64,000 nucleotides of DNA, taken from positions 72 through 64,071 of IMG/VR virus record IMGVR_UViG_3300025655_000035; one strand, given 5' to 3'. Made by a program: the position numbers and the translations under genes. Below the pieces are notes generated by a model. The model did not search any database. It had not been told where the DNA came from and was given only the letters and a program-made list of their open reading frames with translations. Shown in pieces: positions 37,015-48,187 of this stretch (its first letter is position 1; the number at the start of each line of letters is the position of its first letter). Origin of the DNA: a virus (lineage: Duplodnaviria; Caudoviricetes).

Positions 37015-37236
37015 TTATTCTTCAGTGGTTGGTGTGTCTTCAGGTGTAATTACTTCAAAAGGAACTGATTCTCCATTAACATTAACATTTAAATCATCCC
37101 CAAATTGTTCTTGTAATTTATTCATTTGTTTTTCAAACATTTCCTGATAAACTTTTTGCATTTTCTTTTGGTCAGCCTTAATTCTTTGATTTCTAGCCGC
37201 GACTTTTTTTCTGTGTTCTTTTGCTTTTTTTCCCAT
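37015..37236 (-). CDS. small basic/acidic hypothetical protein
   Basis: Start at ATG 37236 (MGKKAKEHRKKVAARNQR). Confidence 0.6.
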   Translation of the reverse strand: MGKKAKEHRKKVAARNQRIKADQKKMQKVYQEMFEKQMNKLQEQFGDDLNVNVNGESVPFEVITPEDTPTTEE

Positions 37237-37432
37237 TTTTTTCTTTTTTATTTTGTTCTCTATAATCAATAATAAATCCCGCGGCAACAATCAAGTTCAT
37301 ACCGAAAGACATTATAATTTCATGAATATCTTGATAGACGGTTGTCATTAAGTGAACGTGACCCACCATCCAAAATGGTATTGATAAGTTCTGACTAATC
37401 CATACTACAGTATACTTTAGAAAATTTTTCAT
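37193..37432 (-). CDS. small membrane protein
   Basis: Start at ATG 37432 (ATGA overlap); two hydrophobic segments. Confidence 0.6.
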   Translation of the reverse strand: MKNFLKYTVVWISQNLSIPFWMVGHVHLMTTVYQDIHEIIMSFGMNLIVAAGFIIDYREQNKKEKNGKKSKRTQKKSRG

Positions 37433-37770
37433 GATGGTCGGTTTTCTTCGAACCATTCAACCATCGCGTTAAACGCCCATACAAATCCTGACGCTAACAT
37501 TCCGTCAAAAAACCAAGATATAAACGGTGAAGTTCCGATTATGGTGTTTGATGGTGACATAAAAGCTAATGACAAGAAGAATCCTACCCAAGTACTAGTA
37601 CACATCATACAACCCAATAAGTCAGAAATAAACTGACCGACCCCGTTGAATGGTGCGTATTGATTACTTCCCCATCTTTTGAAGAAGCTCCTTAGTCCAT
37701 TAAAAATGGACCCGTAAACAAGAATGTTAGACATTCCATACGATATTAATAACCAAATTAAAATATTCAT
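37429..37770 (-). CDS. DUF1360-like membrane protein
   Basis: IFNGLR and LLGCMMCTSTWVG (CxxC within a TM region). Confidence 0.65.
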   Translation of the reverse strand: MNILIWLLISYGMSNILVYGSIFNGLRSFFKRWGSNQYAPFNGVGQFISDLLGCMMCTSTWVGFFLSLAFMSPSNTIIGTSPFISWFFDGMLASGFVWAFNAMVEWFEENRPS

Positions 37771-37771
37771 A

Positions 37772-38575
37772 TTATAAATTTTGTGTTAAGTTTGAACCTT
37801 TTAGATAAGCCGCCCCAATATTTTGTGTTTGACTACCAAATTGTGTTATTTTATCCTCAAGTTCGTTTATTTTTTTATTTTTTAATAATAATTCTTTTCT
37901 AAGATTCTGTAAAGTTTCTTGTAACATATTTACTTTATTATTATCAACATGAACCTCAGGTTTAGACTTAAGTTCATCTAAAGTTTGTCTAAGTTCATCT
38001 AGTTCTTCAACCTTTTTAGACATTTCATTTTGGAAAATATTTTCATTTTCAGTGGTTATAGTGGAAAATTCTCGCTTAATTGACTTAATTTCATCTTCTT
38101 TAATGGAAATTTTTTGTCTAAGTTCATCTAGTTCTAAATCACTTTTAGACATTTCATTTTCCAACTTGTGTATTTTTAACACGAGTTCATTTTTTTCCTC
38201 AACTAACTTGTCAACTTTACCACCAAGTTCCTTGACTTGTTCGTCATCGGTGATGTAGACTTCTTTTTCAACCACCTTCTCAACGGGTACTTCTTTCACA
38301 ACCTCTTTGATGACAACTTTCTCAACGGGAACTTCTTTAATCACCTCAACGACCTTTTCAACGGGCACTTCTTTGATAACTTCAACAATTCTTTCAACCT
38401 CTTTGATGACTTCCACAGTAACTTCCCCACTTACTTCCCCACCTAAAAGTCCGTATTTTTTAATATCAAATCCTTGTTTAAAACAATCTTGAATGAACTT
38501 ATTAATGTCTGTGATACCATTGACCATACAGAACTCATAAATCTCTTTATTGTTTTTAACTTCGACTGAATACAT
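37772..38575 (-). CDS. coiled-coil protein with (KEVPVEKVV) repeats
   Basis: V/E/K/P-rich repeats followed by a long coiled coil. Confidence 0.75.
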   Translation of the reverse strand: MYSVEVKNNKEIYEFCMVNGITDINKFIQDCFKQGFDIKKYGLLGGEVSGEVTVEVIKEVERIVEVIKEVPVEKVVEVIKEVPVEKVVIKEVVKEVPVEKVVEKEVYITDDEQVKELGGKVDKLVEEKNELVLKIHKLENEMSKSDLELDELRQKISIKEDEIKSIKREFSTITTENENIFQNEMSKKVEELDELRQTLDELKSKPEVHVDNNKVNMLQETLQNLRKELLLKNKKINELEDKITQFGSQTQNIGAAYLKGSNLTQNL

Positions 38576-38577
38576 TG

Positions 38578-39357
38578 TTAGGCGTTGGATAGTTTTTCGG
38601 TTCCGTTGATAATATCGTCAAATGATTTCATTTTAAATGAAAGAAATGGTCTTGGGTTTTCCAAGTCAACAAATTCGTAAGTGTCTTTATTAATATCATA
38701 AATACCAAACCCATGTTTTCTTATTGTTTCCCCATAATTTTGTTGGATTGTAGACCCAACCATGTAAGCTTTCTTTTTATTGGGTATATCAAATACTTGT
38801 CGCTTATGTATATCCCCACATAAAACCAAGTCGACACCATCGAATTTAGATGAATCAAAACCACTCTCAAATTTATATCCGATATCAGTAGATAAACCAA
38901 TAATAGGTCCGTGAAATAAACCAATTTTAACCCTATCTGTTTGAGGAATTTCTGGTGGTAAGTTATGCTCCATAAGCGAATAAACCACCCATTCAACATT
39001 TGAATCTTCATACGTACCTCTGTTTTTATAATATACAATATTTTCATTTTGTAGTGAATCAACAATTGGTGTTAACGCATCCAATCTTTGCGAATTATTT
39101 TCTAAAAAATCATGGTTACCAATAATAATAATAGTTTTTGCAATTTTAGAACATTCAGTTAAAACCCATGAAACCATCTCGATAAGTTCAGGTGTCATTT
39201 GATTTTTTGAGTGTACTAAATCACCAGTAAAAACAATTCGGTCAGGTTTAATTTCTTCAAATTGCGACAACATGTCGCGAATAATGTCGCGATACAAGTC
39301 GTGGTCTTTAAAAAGACGAATATGTAAATCTGAAAAGTGTACTAATTTATTAATCAT
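38578..39357 (-). CDS. SbcD/Mre11/gp47-like metallophosphoesterase nuclease
   Basis: SDLH, TGDLVH, GNHD, FHG, GDIH and GSTIQQNYGE motifs. Confidence 0.9.
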   Translation of the reverse strand: MINKLVHFSDLHIRLFKDHDLYRDIIRDMLSQFEEIKPDRIVFTGDLVHSKNQMTPELIEMVSWVLTECSKIAKTIIIIGNHDFLENNSQRLDALTPIVDSLQNENIVYYKNRGTYEDSNVEWVVYSLMEHNLPPEIPQTDRVKIGLFHGPIIGLSTDIGYKFESGFDSSKFDGVDLVLCGDIHKRQVFDIPNKKKAYMVGSTIQQNYGETIRKHGFGIYDINKDTYEFVDLENPRPFLSFKMKSFDDIINGTEKLSNA

Positions 39358-39591
39358 TTAAATTTTTTTTGTGTCACAAGTTACTTGCCATGGTGGTACT
39401 GAAGGGTCATCAGTTCTAATTATCGGATTAATTGGTACTGGAACCGTATATGGTTTTGATATACCAAAATTATCACTTTCTTTAACTTCACCCATCTTTT
39501 CAACTATAGGTGCAATATCAATATGTTTATTTTCTAATTTATTAGTTAAATAACCATCTAACCAATAATAAAATTCTTTATAGGTCATCAC
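39358..39591 (-). CDS. hypothetical protein
   Basis: 77-aa ORF; EFYYWLDGYL. Confidence 0.65.
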   Translation of the reverse strand: MMTYKEFYYWLDGYLTNKLENKHIDIAPIVEKMGEVKESDNFGISKPYTVPVPINPIIRTDDPSVPPWQVTCDTKKI

Positions 39592-39806
39592 TTATCAAAT
39601 AATTGGAAGTCATCATTAACATGGCCACAACTTTCACACATATAGGTTGGGAAAGGTACTAAAGTGTCTTCTGAACTACCAGTTAATAACTTTGGAACTT
39701 TTTTTATCAGTGTAACTTCTTTAAAAAACTTACCGTCACACTTCTCACAAACAACGGTCTCTTGTTGTTTTAAATCAATTTTTGGTTTGATAATATCGTC
39801 ATTCAT
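39588..39806 (-). CDS. zinc-ribbon protein
   Basis: CEKC...CESCGH. Confidence 0.7.
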   Translation of the reverse strand: MNDDIIKPKIDLKQQETVVCEKCDGKFFKEVTLIKKVPKLLTGSSEDTLVPFPTYMCESCGHVNDDFQLFDK

Positions 39807-39809
39807 ATT

Positions 39810-40058
39810 TTAATAATTTACAATTTCTTCTTCCTCATTTGAGTATTTTTGTTTAATCATTTCAGTGTTGAACGTAAATTCGTCCGCTAGTGTAGATTCA
39901 CCGCCACCTTTGATGTTTTCTTCATACATAATGCTGTTGAAGTATTCAAGGATTTCCTCGTCTGTTTTTCCTTCTAATTCGGGGTAATCTTTCATGTTAA
40001 CCTCGATAGGTCCGTAGGATTCAAAAACCGAATACGTTTTTGTCATATAAATTTTCAT
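39810..40058 (-). CDS. hypothetical acidic protein
   Basis: 82-aa ORF. Confidence 0.6.
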   Translation of the reverse strand: MKIYMTKTYSVFESYGPIEVNMKDYPELEGKTDEEILEYFNSIMYEENIKGGGESTLADEFTFNTEMIKQKYSNEEEEIVNY

Positions 40059-40144
40059 GTTATAATATAATTTATGTTTATTTTAATTGTTTCATTGTCC
40101 CAAGTGGTATTATAATACCATGCAAGTGTAATATAGCTTTCCAT
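40055..40144 (-). CDS. 29-aa micro-ORF (not in ORF track)
   Basis: MESYITLAWYYNTTWDNETIKININYIIT; fills the gap, ATGA overlap with the next gene. Confidence 0.4.
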   Translation of the reverse strand: MESYITLAWYYNTTWDNETIKININYIIT

Positions 40145-40160
40145 CTTAAATTATAGTTGT

Positions 40161-41024
40161 TTAAATTTTATTTGTCAAATAGTTTTCCATTTTCATATCT
40201 AAAACGGTGGTAATCACTTCTTTAGGAACTCTAAACTCTTCGTAATCACCATTTTCTTTTAGAAGAACAACAATACAACCCAACAATTTAATGTTCTCGT
40301 ATTTACTACCTTCCAACATCTTATTCAATAACTTACCATACAAAGGTAACTGAACAAAGTAGTGACCAAGAGCGTTATCAGGTTGTTTGGTGAAAGGGTA
40401 TTTCATCGGTTTGGTGAACTGATTACTTTCAAAGTTTTTAGGTTTGTTTGTTTTCCAGTCAGTAATGATTAGACCAATCTCACCATCTTTACCAATGATT
40501 AACCACACCTTATCGGGTTGTCCTGTATAACCTAACTCAGGGTGACCTAAAACAATCTCCGTGTCAAGTAAAACCGCCCCACGTTCAATCATAACCTGAA
40601 GGTAGTCTTTACCAGCACTAATCATACTATCGCTCTTAATAATTTGAGTGAAATCACATTCAAATATTGGTTCACGAACACTTTTGTAATCACCAAACAA
40701 CCCAATAGTTTCCTTCTCTAAAAAGAAGTGGGTTCTACTTCCCATGTTGGTAGAATAAGTTCCCGCAAGAGCCCACTCTTCTTTCAATTGTTCTGCGTAG
40801 ACCACATCACCTTTAGCTTTCTTCAAAGCAGCTTCTTCGGTTGGGAATTCGGTATAGAACTTCTTTAGTACTTTTGAAACAGATGGGAAGTCATTTCTTA
40901 CTTTACCATCTTTATCTTTCATAAAATAAATGTGGTCTTCCTCAATAAAGGAAAGACCTAACTCTTCTCTTTTTTTGTCTAAAATATCTCGTATTTCAAC
41001 GGCAATTTGTTTTAAATCAATCAT
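40161..41024 (-). CDS. PD-(D/E)XK exonuclease (RecB/Cas4-like fold)
   Basis: PSVSKVL, GSRTH, GQPD, ITDWKT and QLPLY motifs. Confidence 0.8.
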   Translation of the reverse strand: MIDLKQIAVEIRDILDKKREELGLSFIEEDHIYFMKDKDGKVRNDFPSVSKVLKKFYTEFPTEEAALKKAKGDVVYAEQLKEEWALAGTYSTNMGSRTHFFLEKETIGLFGDYKSVREPIFECDFTQIIKSDSMISAGKDYLQVMIERGAVLLDTEIVLGHPELGYTGQPDKVWLIIGKDGEIGLIITDWKTNKPKNFESNQFTKPMKYPFTKQPDNALGHYFVQLPLYGKLLNKMLEGSKYENIKLLGCIVVLLKENGDYEEFRVPKEVITTVLDMKMENYLTNKI

Positions 41025-41025
41025 A

Positions 41026-41928
41026 TTAATATTTCATCTTATAGTAATAATTGTCTATCTGACCTTTTAAGTCGCAGACATCTTTATCTTGGGGTAATTT
41101 TAAAATCTTTAACCTTCCGTATAAATCACCACCGTTTAATTCATTATATAGTTTTATAGCGTCGTTCCAAGCATCACCATCTAAAGCAATTGTTACAACA
41201 CCCTTAGACTTATTGTATAGTGAATCGAATAACACAGAACTCATGTGTTTACCTAACATAGGGATACTATTAGGTAGAAAGAATCCATCAAAAACACCCT
41301 CCACTAAAAATATATCCTCATCCCAATTAATCAAATGTTCGTTGAAGATGATTTTGTCTTTCTCAGCTTCAGGGTTTTTGTATTTGGCTTTGGTGTTGGG
41401 GTCCCAACTCCTTGCAATATAATACGTCAATTCTCCGTTCATATTGTACGAGGGGACAACAATTCTTCCTTTGTGTGAACCTTTGTCACAGAAACCAATA
41501 CTATATTTTTCAATCATTGTATCAGTTATTCCTCTGTTAATCAGGTAATTATATGCTTGTCTCCTAATAGGATAAATAGGACTTGAGTCTTTAAACAAAG
41601 TAAAACTTTCAGGTAATTTTAATTTTGGTTTTTTCTTTTCAACTGGTTTATCAACTTCAGGTTGTAAAACTTTATAAACTTTTTTTTGTTTTCTATTACC
41701 AAATTTATCAAATAATTTACCTAAGGGTCCTTTTGTGTTATTAACATCACCACAACTCCAACATTTATATACGTGTTGGTGATAATTAACTTCTAAATTA
41801 CCTTTATGTCTGTCCTCATCGCACACGGGACAATCGAAGGCTATTTGACCCTTCGATTCATAATGTTGTTTTTCTTCACCCAAAATTTCTCTGAGTAACT
41901 CAACTAATATTTCCGCATCATCAGACAT
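41026..41928 (-). CDS. DNA primase (Zn finger plus TOPRIM)
   Basis: CPVC...CWSC, YLINRGI, VEGVFD, LDGDA and KDV motifs. Confidence 0.88.
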   Translation of the reverse strand: MSDDAEILVELLREILGEEKQHYESKGQIAFDCPVCDEDRHKGNLEVNYHQHVYKCWSCGDVNNTKGPLGKLFDKFGNRKQKKVYKVLQPEVDKPVEKKKPKLKLPESFTLFKDSSPIYPIRRQAYNYLINRGITDTMIEKYSIGFCDKGSHKGRIVVPSYNMNGELTYYIARSWDPNTKAKYKNPEAEKDKIIFNEHLINWDEDIFLVEGVFDGFFLPNSIPMLGKHMSSVLFDSLYNKSKGVVTIALDGDAWNDAIKLYNELNGGDLYGRLKILKLPQDKDVCDLKGQIDNYYYKMKY

Positions 41929-42015
41929 TACAAAAATATAACCACAATTATTATATTAATCAACCTTCACAAGTTTTTCATTAGTATTATATTTATTTAA
42001 TAAGATAGTAAAAAT

Positions 42016-42231
42016 ATGCCAATTGACATAACAATAAACAATATTTCAGGTGCATCACCATATGATATTTATCTATGTGATAATCCTGTAACCGTATGTG
42101 TATATATTAACACAATTTCAACAGTACCATATGAGTTTGAGGCCCCATCGATTATGTCAAATGAAAATGATTTTAATTTAAAAATAGTTGATAATAACGG
42201 TTGTACCGTATACCAGACATTGAATATATAA
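42016..42231 (+). CDS. small Ig-like virion protein
   Basis: ISGASPYDIY...KIVDNNGC, resembling a single SprB-type module; TATTTATT at 41990-41997. Confidence 0.65.
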   Translation: MPIDITINNISGASPYDIYLCDNPVTVCVYINTISTVPYEFEAPSIMSNENDFNLKIVDNNGCTVYQTLNI

Positions 42232-42233
42232 AA

Positions 42234-45020
42234 ATGAGTTGTCCTAATATAATAGCACTAAGATGTTGTAGCGACCCTTTGGTCATCATAAAACCTTGTT
42301 CACCAACTATTGATGGAAAACCTTGGCAATCATTTATTATTGGGGAAACATATTCAGACTCAAATGGTGTTTGTTGGGAAGCGGGTGATTTTACTCCAGT
42401 AAATTATTATAACTCAGTAAACGATTATTATATTGAAATTAGTTGTTCGGATTGTCAGTCAAAATATTCAGGTGATTGTAGTATTTTAAACCCAATATCT
42501 GGTGAAAGTTGTTATTGTATTAATGTTGTAATAACTGATGAGGATATATCGAATGCTAATGGTAATATGTATGGACCTGACAGTACCGTAATTGTTAACT
42601 ATATCATTTGTGATGATTCAGAAGTTAGTATGACATATACCCATGCTGGGACATATTATTTATGCGGGACATTAATAGACCCTCCGTATTACTTTGCTAA
42701 TGATTCTCAAACCGTAGGTAGTTCTTCCGCAACACAAACTCTTAATAACTGTTTAACTGCTGAGGATTGTTTTATATCGGAAAGTCCGACACCTACCCCA
42801 ACACCAAGTATAACACCAACACCAAGTATAACACCAACGTCAACTATAACACCTACTCCAACACCAACACCATGTCTTTGTCAATGTATACAAATTGACT
42901 CGGTTTTATCTTTTACCGCAACTGGTAACACAGATACTAATTTAAATAATAAGGCATTTTATGTTTTTATAGATTGTAGTGGTAATACCACAACAATTAT
43001 CGATAACAATGTAGGTTTCTTTTCGGTATGTACACAAGATGGTCAATTAGTTGAAGCGTATTTTTATAAAGATGATGCCGAATATAGTTCATCAGTATTT
43101 CCTTGGGAGCCAATTCCTGATTATACAATTAGTTATGCGGAAACTGGTCCTTGTTGTTCTCAATCAGATTGTGGTGAACCTGTACCAACATTAGTCCCAA
43201 GTCCAACTCCTACTCCAACTCCTACGGTTACACCGACTAATAGTCCAACTCCTACGGTTACACCGACTTCAACACCAATACCATCACCAAGTAATACTCC
43301 TACGGTTACACCGACTAATAGTCCAACACCTACGGTTACACCGACTAATAGTCTAACACCTACGGTTACTCCAAGTGTTACACCAACTAAAACACCAACT
43401 AACACACCAACCGTAACACCAACCGTAACACCAACATCATCAGTTACACCGACCTCGACACCAACTAATACGCCAACACCAACACCAACACCCGTTGATT
43501 GTTTTGAAAACTATTGTTTATATAATACAGGTAATTCTGATTGGGATGACCAATTTACAAGTGGTGGTACTTACGATGGATATACTTATTGGGTAGGTGA
43601 TACAACAGGGTTATTTATCTATTATGATACGACAAATAGTCAGTGGTGTTTATCATCATCGTTAGGTGGTACTTGTTTACTTTCAGGTAAATCACCTTGT
43701 GTTTCACAATGTCCTGATTTATGTCATGAATACTTTAGTGCTGGAGTTTGCCCTACACCAACCCCAACTCCGACACAACCATGTAATGTTGATTTTGAAG
43801 CATTGTTTGATTGTGAATATACACCAACACCAACTCCAACTCCTACAGCTTCTGTTACTCCTACAGTAACACAAACTCCAACACCATCAGATTATTGTTC
43901 TGTTATTGGTGTTGACGCAACAATTAATTCATACACCCCAACACCTTCACCAACACCAAGTATAACACCATCCAATACACCATCTGTTATAAGACCTTGT
44001 ACTTTTGTTGGTGATGTTACTTTCAATACGATAGATGAAATAATTAAGTGTCCTTATAGTAAACAATTCCAAGATTGTTATAACGGAATGATGTACTACA
44101 CAACAAATGAAATAACTAACCCTGGTGGTGAAACAATTGAGCCGTTTATGGTATTTGAAGCCTTAGTTGATGGTGAATCAAGATGTGTATCTTATATTGG
44201 AGATAACCAAGACACTATTGGTATTAACCAAATTGAGTTAAGGTTTGGTCCGTTTGGATACTCTAATTTGGGTGATTGTATAAATTGTAATCAGTTTGCA
44301 AGTCCTACACCAACATCAACAATCACGCCAACACCAACACCGACACCAACAGTAACACCAACACCAACACCTATTGGGGATGCGTATTATATATACAGAA
44401 GATGTGATGACACTACAATATATGTTGTCCAAACTTCACCAGGCCCTGTAACAATACCAAATTATTCATTTAATAATTTAATTGATAAAAAATGTTGGTC
44501 TTTCGTAAGTGTATCATCTGGTATACCGTCACTTAACCCATCATACACTGTTATTAATTATACTGGTAATTATTTCACATCTATTGGTGGTGCAGTATAC
44601 GAAAGTTGTAGTGGATGTACCAATTCATTAACAACAACGACAACAAGTACTACCACGGAAACTCCAACATCATGTACTATAAATTATACACATACTAAAT
44701 CATCGATTTGTGCTAAAACAGTTGGTAATATTATGGTTAACGGTATAATTAAGTATGGTTTCTCAACCTCCTTACTACCAGGTATTTATACAGGTAGTTT
44801 TACTGTTAATATTGGTGATGTAATAACGTTTAATTTTGGGACTATCTCCTCAACACCATCATGTGAGTTATTAAATTCTACAATAGATTTATATGATAAC
44901 TTTGGTTTAATAAGTGAAAGTGCTGAAAACGGCACCCCAATAAATACAATATATACTAATGTAACAGTAACTCAAGAATGGTGTAATGATACTCTAATAT
45001 TAGTTAGTAACGCTGTGTAA
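42234..45020 (+). CDS. Cys-rich, (Thr-Pro)n mucin-like virion fibre/surface protein
   Basis: Cys-rich beta modules separated by six TP/SP-rich tracts and a poly-Thr tract; start at ATG 42234; no signal peptide. Confidence 0.75.
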   Translation: MSCPNIIALRCCSDPLVIIKPCSPTIDGKPWQSFIIGETYSDSNGVCWEAGDFTPVNYYNSVNDYYIEISCSDCQSKYSGDCSILNPISGESCYCINVVITDEDISNANGNMYGPDSTVIVNYIICDDSEVSMTYTHAGTYYLCGTLIDPPYYFANDSQTVGSSSATQTLNNCLTAEDCFISESPTPTPTPSITPTPSITPTSTITPTPTPTPCLCQCIQIDSVLSFTATGNTDTNLNNKAFYVFIDCSGNTTTIIDNNVGFFSVCTQDGQLVEAYFYKDDAEYSSSVFPWEPIPDYTISYAETGPCCSQSDCGEPVPTLVPSPTPTPTPTVTPTNSPTPTVTPTSTPIPSPSNTPTVTPTNSPTPTVTPTNSLTPTVTPSVTPTKTPTNTPTVTPTVTPTSSVTPTSTPTNTPTPTPTPVDCFENYCLYNTGNSDWDDQFTSGGTYDGYTYWVGDTTGLFIYYDTTNSQWCLSSSLGGTCLLSGKSPCVSQCPDLCHEYFSAGVCPTPTPTPTQPCNVDFEALFDCEYTPTPTPTPTASVTPTVTQTPTPSDYCSVIGVDATINSYTPTPSPTPSITPSNTPSVIRPCTFVGDVTFNTIDEIIKCPYSKQFQDCYNGMMYYTTNEITNPGGETIEPFMVFEALVDGESRCVSYIGDNQDTIGINQIELRFGPFGYSNLGDCINCNQFASPTPTSTITPTPTPTPTVTPTPTPIGDAYYIYRRCDDTTIYVVQTSPGPVTIPNYSFNNLIDKKCWSFVSVSSGIPSLNPSYTVINYTGNYFTSIGGAVYESCSGCTNSLTTTTTSTTTETPTSCTINYTHTKSSICAKTVGNIMVNGIIKYGFSTSLLPGIYTGSFTVNIGDVITFNFGTISSTPSCELLNSTIDLYDNFGLISESAENGTPINTIYTNVTVTQEWCNDTLILVSNAV
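43198..43493 (+). repeat. long PT/PS coding repeat (TPTVTPTNS...)
   Basis: About 100-aa Pro/Thr/Ser tract with repeated CCTACGGTTACACCGACT units. Confidence 0.85.
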
Positions 45021-45050
45021 AAAAAAAATATCGTCTAAAAAGACGATATT
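45019..45050 (-). terminator. Rho-independent terminator between convergent genes
   Basis: AATATCGTCT-TTTT-AGACGATATT then T-tract. Confidence 0.7.
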
Positions 45051-45076
45051 CCTTATTATCGGTCATTTAAACGATA

Positions 45077-45676
45077 TTACCAAATACCTTCATTTTTCAT
45101 ATAACCTAACACACAACAATAAGCATCTGTTTGGTCAAAATTTTCTTTTTTAAGAGTATTATTTCTAGTATATTGCCATTGGATTTGTGGCTCTCTTTTT
45201 GCAACTAATTCCCAAATAATCATTTTTTTATCACAATCTTTTGGGTACCTACCAAATAAAACATACTTATTTTTATCATTGGGTTGGACTAAATGTGGGA
45301 AAGCGTTTTTTCTAGAATTATAAGTTGAGATAAATTCGGGAACAATACCTAAAATTCTATAAATTTTTTCAGTAATTAATGTATTATATCTTAATAGGGT
45401 TTGAATCGTATAAATGTTATTACTATTTAAAAGTGGTTCTTCGATAACGACTTTAGTAATACCAAAATTTTTATATTGTTGTAGTTTAATTTCAAAAATA
45501 TCACTTTTTAATAAAAGTTCTTTTATTTTATTTTCCTCTTTTGGTTTTGGTACAGGAGAAATATGTGTTAATTCTAATAATTCTTTCGTAGTAATGTCGA
45601 ATAATGCCCATCCAATTGTTTTTGTGGAGATGTCCAAACCTAAAACTTTAGGACTTTCTTTTAAATTTTTATTCAT
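45077..45676 (-). CDS. RuvC-like Holliday junction resolvase
   Basis: VLGLDISTKTIGWA, VVIEEP and DQTDA motifs. Confidence 0.8.
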   Translation of the reverse strand: MNKNLKESPKVLGLDISTKTIGWALFDITTKELLELTHISPVPKPKEENKIKELLLKSDIFEIKLQQYKNFGITKVVIEEPLLNSNNIYTIQTLLRYNTLITEKIYRILGIVPEFISTYNSRKNAFPHLVQPNDKNKYVLFGRYPKDCDKKMIIWELVAKREPQIQWQYTRNNTLKKENFDQTDAYCCVLGYMKNEGIW

Positions 45677-45684
45677 ATAGGATT

Positions 45685-48159
45685 TTAAAAATCAAACTTT
45701 ATCAAAAACTGTTGTATACCTTGTCTTAATACAGGTGATTGTAGTTTTGATATAATCATAAGTGTCTTATCGGAATCGTAAAGACCAATTTCCGTAATAT
45801 ATGAATTGTCACCAGAAGTCCAAGTAGGGTTAGAAGTTGTTTGAAACTCAGCTTGACCTAAATTAATTTTATATTTCATTTCATATATTGTGGCTTGAAT
45901 GTCCGTTTCAAGCGCCCCATAAAAATAATATTCATCACCAAAATTAAGTTGTTGGTCTGAATAATTGGATGGTGTTAAATCAATATAGTCACTTAAGTCA
46001 TAATAAGGTGCGTTATCATAATCTTCTTGTGTTATCGTAAATGTTGTGCCAGTAATTCCATTCTGTGTTATATAACCATTAACAGTTGTTGCGGTTAACT
46101 GATTGGTTACATCAATTATTTTCCAATCTGCAGAATCAGGTCTTGTATCACCAGAAACTTTTTGACAAATAACTTCAAACTTATTCGCGTAAAAACCTTG
46201 TTCTAAATTACAATAAGTTGGGCATGTAGTTGCTGTGGTTGTAGTTGTTGTGGTGGTAACAGATGAAGGTTGTGCTAAACATCCAAACTCGTCACCAAAC
46301 CTCATTGCAACATTTTGAGAAGTGATTGGTTGGCAATCGATATTAGGACCTTGAATTCTTTGGTAATAATTACAGTGTAGAGAATCTGTAAATCCACTAG
46401 TATTTGACAATCTATAAGTTACGTACATATAGTCACTAGAACCTGTTAAAACCCCAATGAATGATTGTCCTTCACTGTTACAAGTATTAGGTGTTACTAA
46501 AGTTAATTTAGGTGCAGGTAAAGTCCAATTTCTATTTGATTTATAAGACATTGCTGCAATTATTTCTTCATCATCAATAACAATAATTTTTTGGTCAGGG
46601 AAAACCTTACCAACTCTACTTGGGAATCCGTCGTCGTTAGGATTATCATCCCACAAATGATAATATCTAATACCTGGAGAATTCATGTCAATATTTTTAG
46701 TTGACTGAATGTACTGCACTTGGAATAGGTCATAATCATCAAATCCTGGTGGGTCAACCCAAAAAGTTTGTCCGTTACAACAATCAGGATTTTTATGCCA
46801 CATTAACCAAGGTATATGTAACCTAAAGTTTCTTGCTTGACCTGTAGTATCATTAACCGTATTGTCATATGGTTCTAATGCAAATTTTTCTCCGTAGAAG
46901 AAGTCAATTGTTTGATTTGTATAATGAATTATTGCAATCGCTTTTTGTTCTTTAGGTTGTACGGTTACTCTTTCATCAAATGAATTGTAGTAGAATACTG
47001 AACTAGTATCGGTTTGACCACTACTTGACGCATAACCTAAATATTCTTTAGTTCCTAAATAATTTATAGAACCAAATTCTGTATAATCTTTATGTGTTGT
47101 TGGTTCTAAACCAGCGGGATTTTCAGACCAAGGAATATTCATATTCCAAATTTTAACATCAAAAGCGTCTGTATTACAAACTGATTCATAATTAATAACA
47201 TCATCGTTCCAATGTATCGATGGTGTTATTGAATCATACAATGATGTCATGTTAGGCGGATAGATTAATGTTCTGGCAAAACATTCTGATGAATAAGACG
47301 AAAAATCAGGTGTCGCCCTATCTAAAGTATATTCATCTAAACAAATTGCTACTATTCGATAAGTCATTATATTATAACAACTACTCATAGAAACCAAACA
47401 GTCAGGTGGTGGGATTGGTGGACAAGCTCTACTTGGTGTTGGTGTTGGGCAAAATGTTGCTGACGGTGTTGGTGTTGGTGTTGGTGACTCACAAGGATTA
47501 CCATTAGTTGGTGTTACTGATGGGGTAGGTGTTGGCGAAGTATTAATTGTTGGAGTTACTGATGGGGTAGGTGTTGGTGATGGTGTAATAGGGTATTCGC
47601 AATCACAATTATAATACCCGTTACCATCATAATAAATTGTAATTAAATCACCAACCGCAGGTAATCTAACAATATCACTATTACAACCTGAATAAACCAA
47701 TTTAATTGTTGTACCACCTGTTAAGGTTGACATATCAACAATATAATTTGAGTTAATTACGTAGAAATTATTTGTTAATGCACTCCAATTAATTGTACTA
47801 GCAGTTGTGTCACCAGTGAAAAACCCTCTCATTACGGCAGTGTTATAAACAGGACTCACGTCAGAGCTCATAAATGGTATCCCATATGTATTACCCGTTG
47901 TTCCATCAACATAATAAGGATATTTAACATTTTGTTTGTTTGATTGTGGAGCACCAACACTATTTTGCGAATTAAAATTAGGTTCTAAAATATTAGTGTT
48001 TGTTTGATTATAACTTGATGGTAAAGTATTATATGACACTTCACTATCACCTATTTGAAAATAAGATATATTAAAATTACCTTGCGATAGTTTTAACCTA
48101 CCAGCATCGGTTAATCTTGTGTTTATTAAACCTGAAGTATTTTTTAAAATATATCCCAT
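45685..48159 (-). CDS. virion structural protein (tail-collar/fibre-attachment-like) with PT-rich insert
   Basis: N-terminal LTDAGRLKL...YFQIGDSE and C-terminal ITEIGLYD...ISKL..P motifs of tail-collar-type proteins; PT and poly-T inserts; TATTTATA 3 nt upstream. Confidence 0.65.
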   Translation of the reverse strand: MGYILKNTSGLINTRLTDAGRLKLSQGNFNISYFQIGDSEVSYNTLPSSYNQTNTNILEPNFNSQNSVGAPQSNKQNVKYPYYVDGTTGNTYGIPFMSSDVSPVYNTAVMRGFFTGDTTASTINWSALTNNFYVINSNYIVDMSTLTGGTTIKLVYSGCNSDIVRLPAVGDLITIYYDGNGYYNCDCEYPITPSPTPTPSVTPTINTSPTPTPSVTPTNGNPCESPTPTPTPSATFCPTPTPSRACPPIPPPDCLVSMSSCYNIMTYRIVAICLDEYTLDRATPDFSSYSSECFARTLIYPPNMTSLYDSITPSIHWNDDVINYESVCNTDAFDVKIWNMNIPWSENPAGLEPTTHKDYTEFGSINYLGTKEYLGYASSSGQTDTSSVFYYNSFDERVTVQPKEQKAIAIIHYTNQTIDFFYGEKFALEPYDNTVNDTTGQARNFRLHIPWLMWHKNPDCCNGQTFWVDPPGFDDYDLFQVQYIQSTKNIDMNSPGIRYYHLWDDNPNDDGFPSRVGKVFPDQKIIVIDDEEIIAAMSYKSNRNWTLPAPKLTLVTPNTCNSEGQSFIGVLTGSSDYMYVTYRLSNTSGFTDSLHCNYYQRIQGPNIDCQPITSQNVAMRFGDEFGCLAQPSSVTTTTTTTTATTCPTYCNLEQGFYANKFEVICQKVSGDTRPDSADWKIIDVTNQLTATTVNGYITQNGITGTTFTITQEDYDNAPYYDLSDYIDLTPSNYSDQQLNFGDEYYFYGALETDIQATIYEMKYKINLGQAEFQTTSNPTWTSGDNSYITEIGLYDSDKTLMIISKLQSPVLRQGIQQFLIKFDF

Positions 48160-48187
48160 GACTATAAATATATCATATTAGTTTTTA

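Noticed and set aside
40161-41024. Cas4 or a CRISPR-Cas locus
   Set aside because: PD-(D/E)XK fold, but no Fe-S cysteine set, cas genes or array; it sits with primase and SbcCD as a replication/recombination nuclease.
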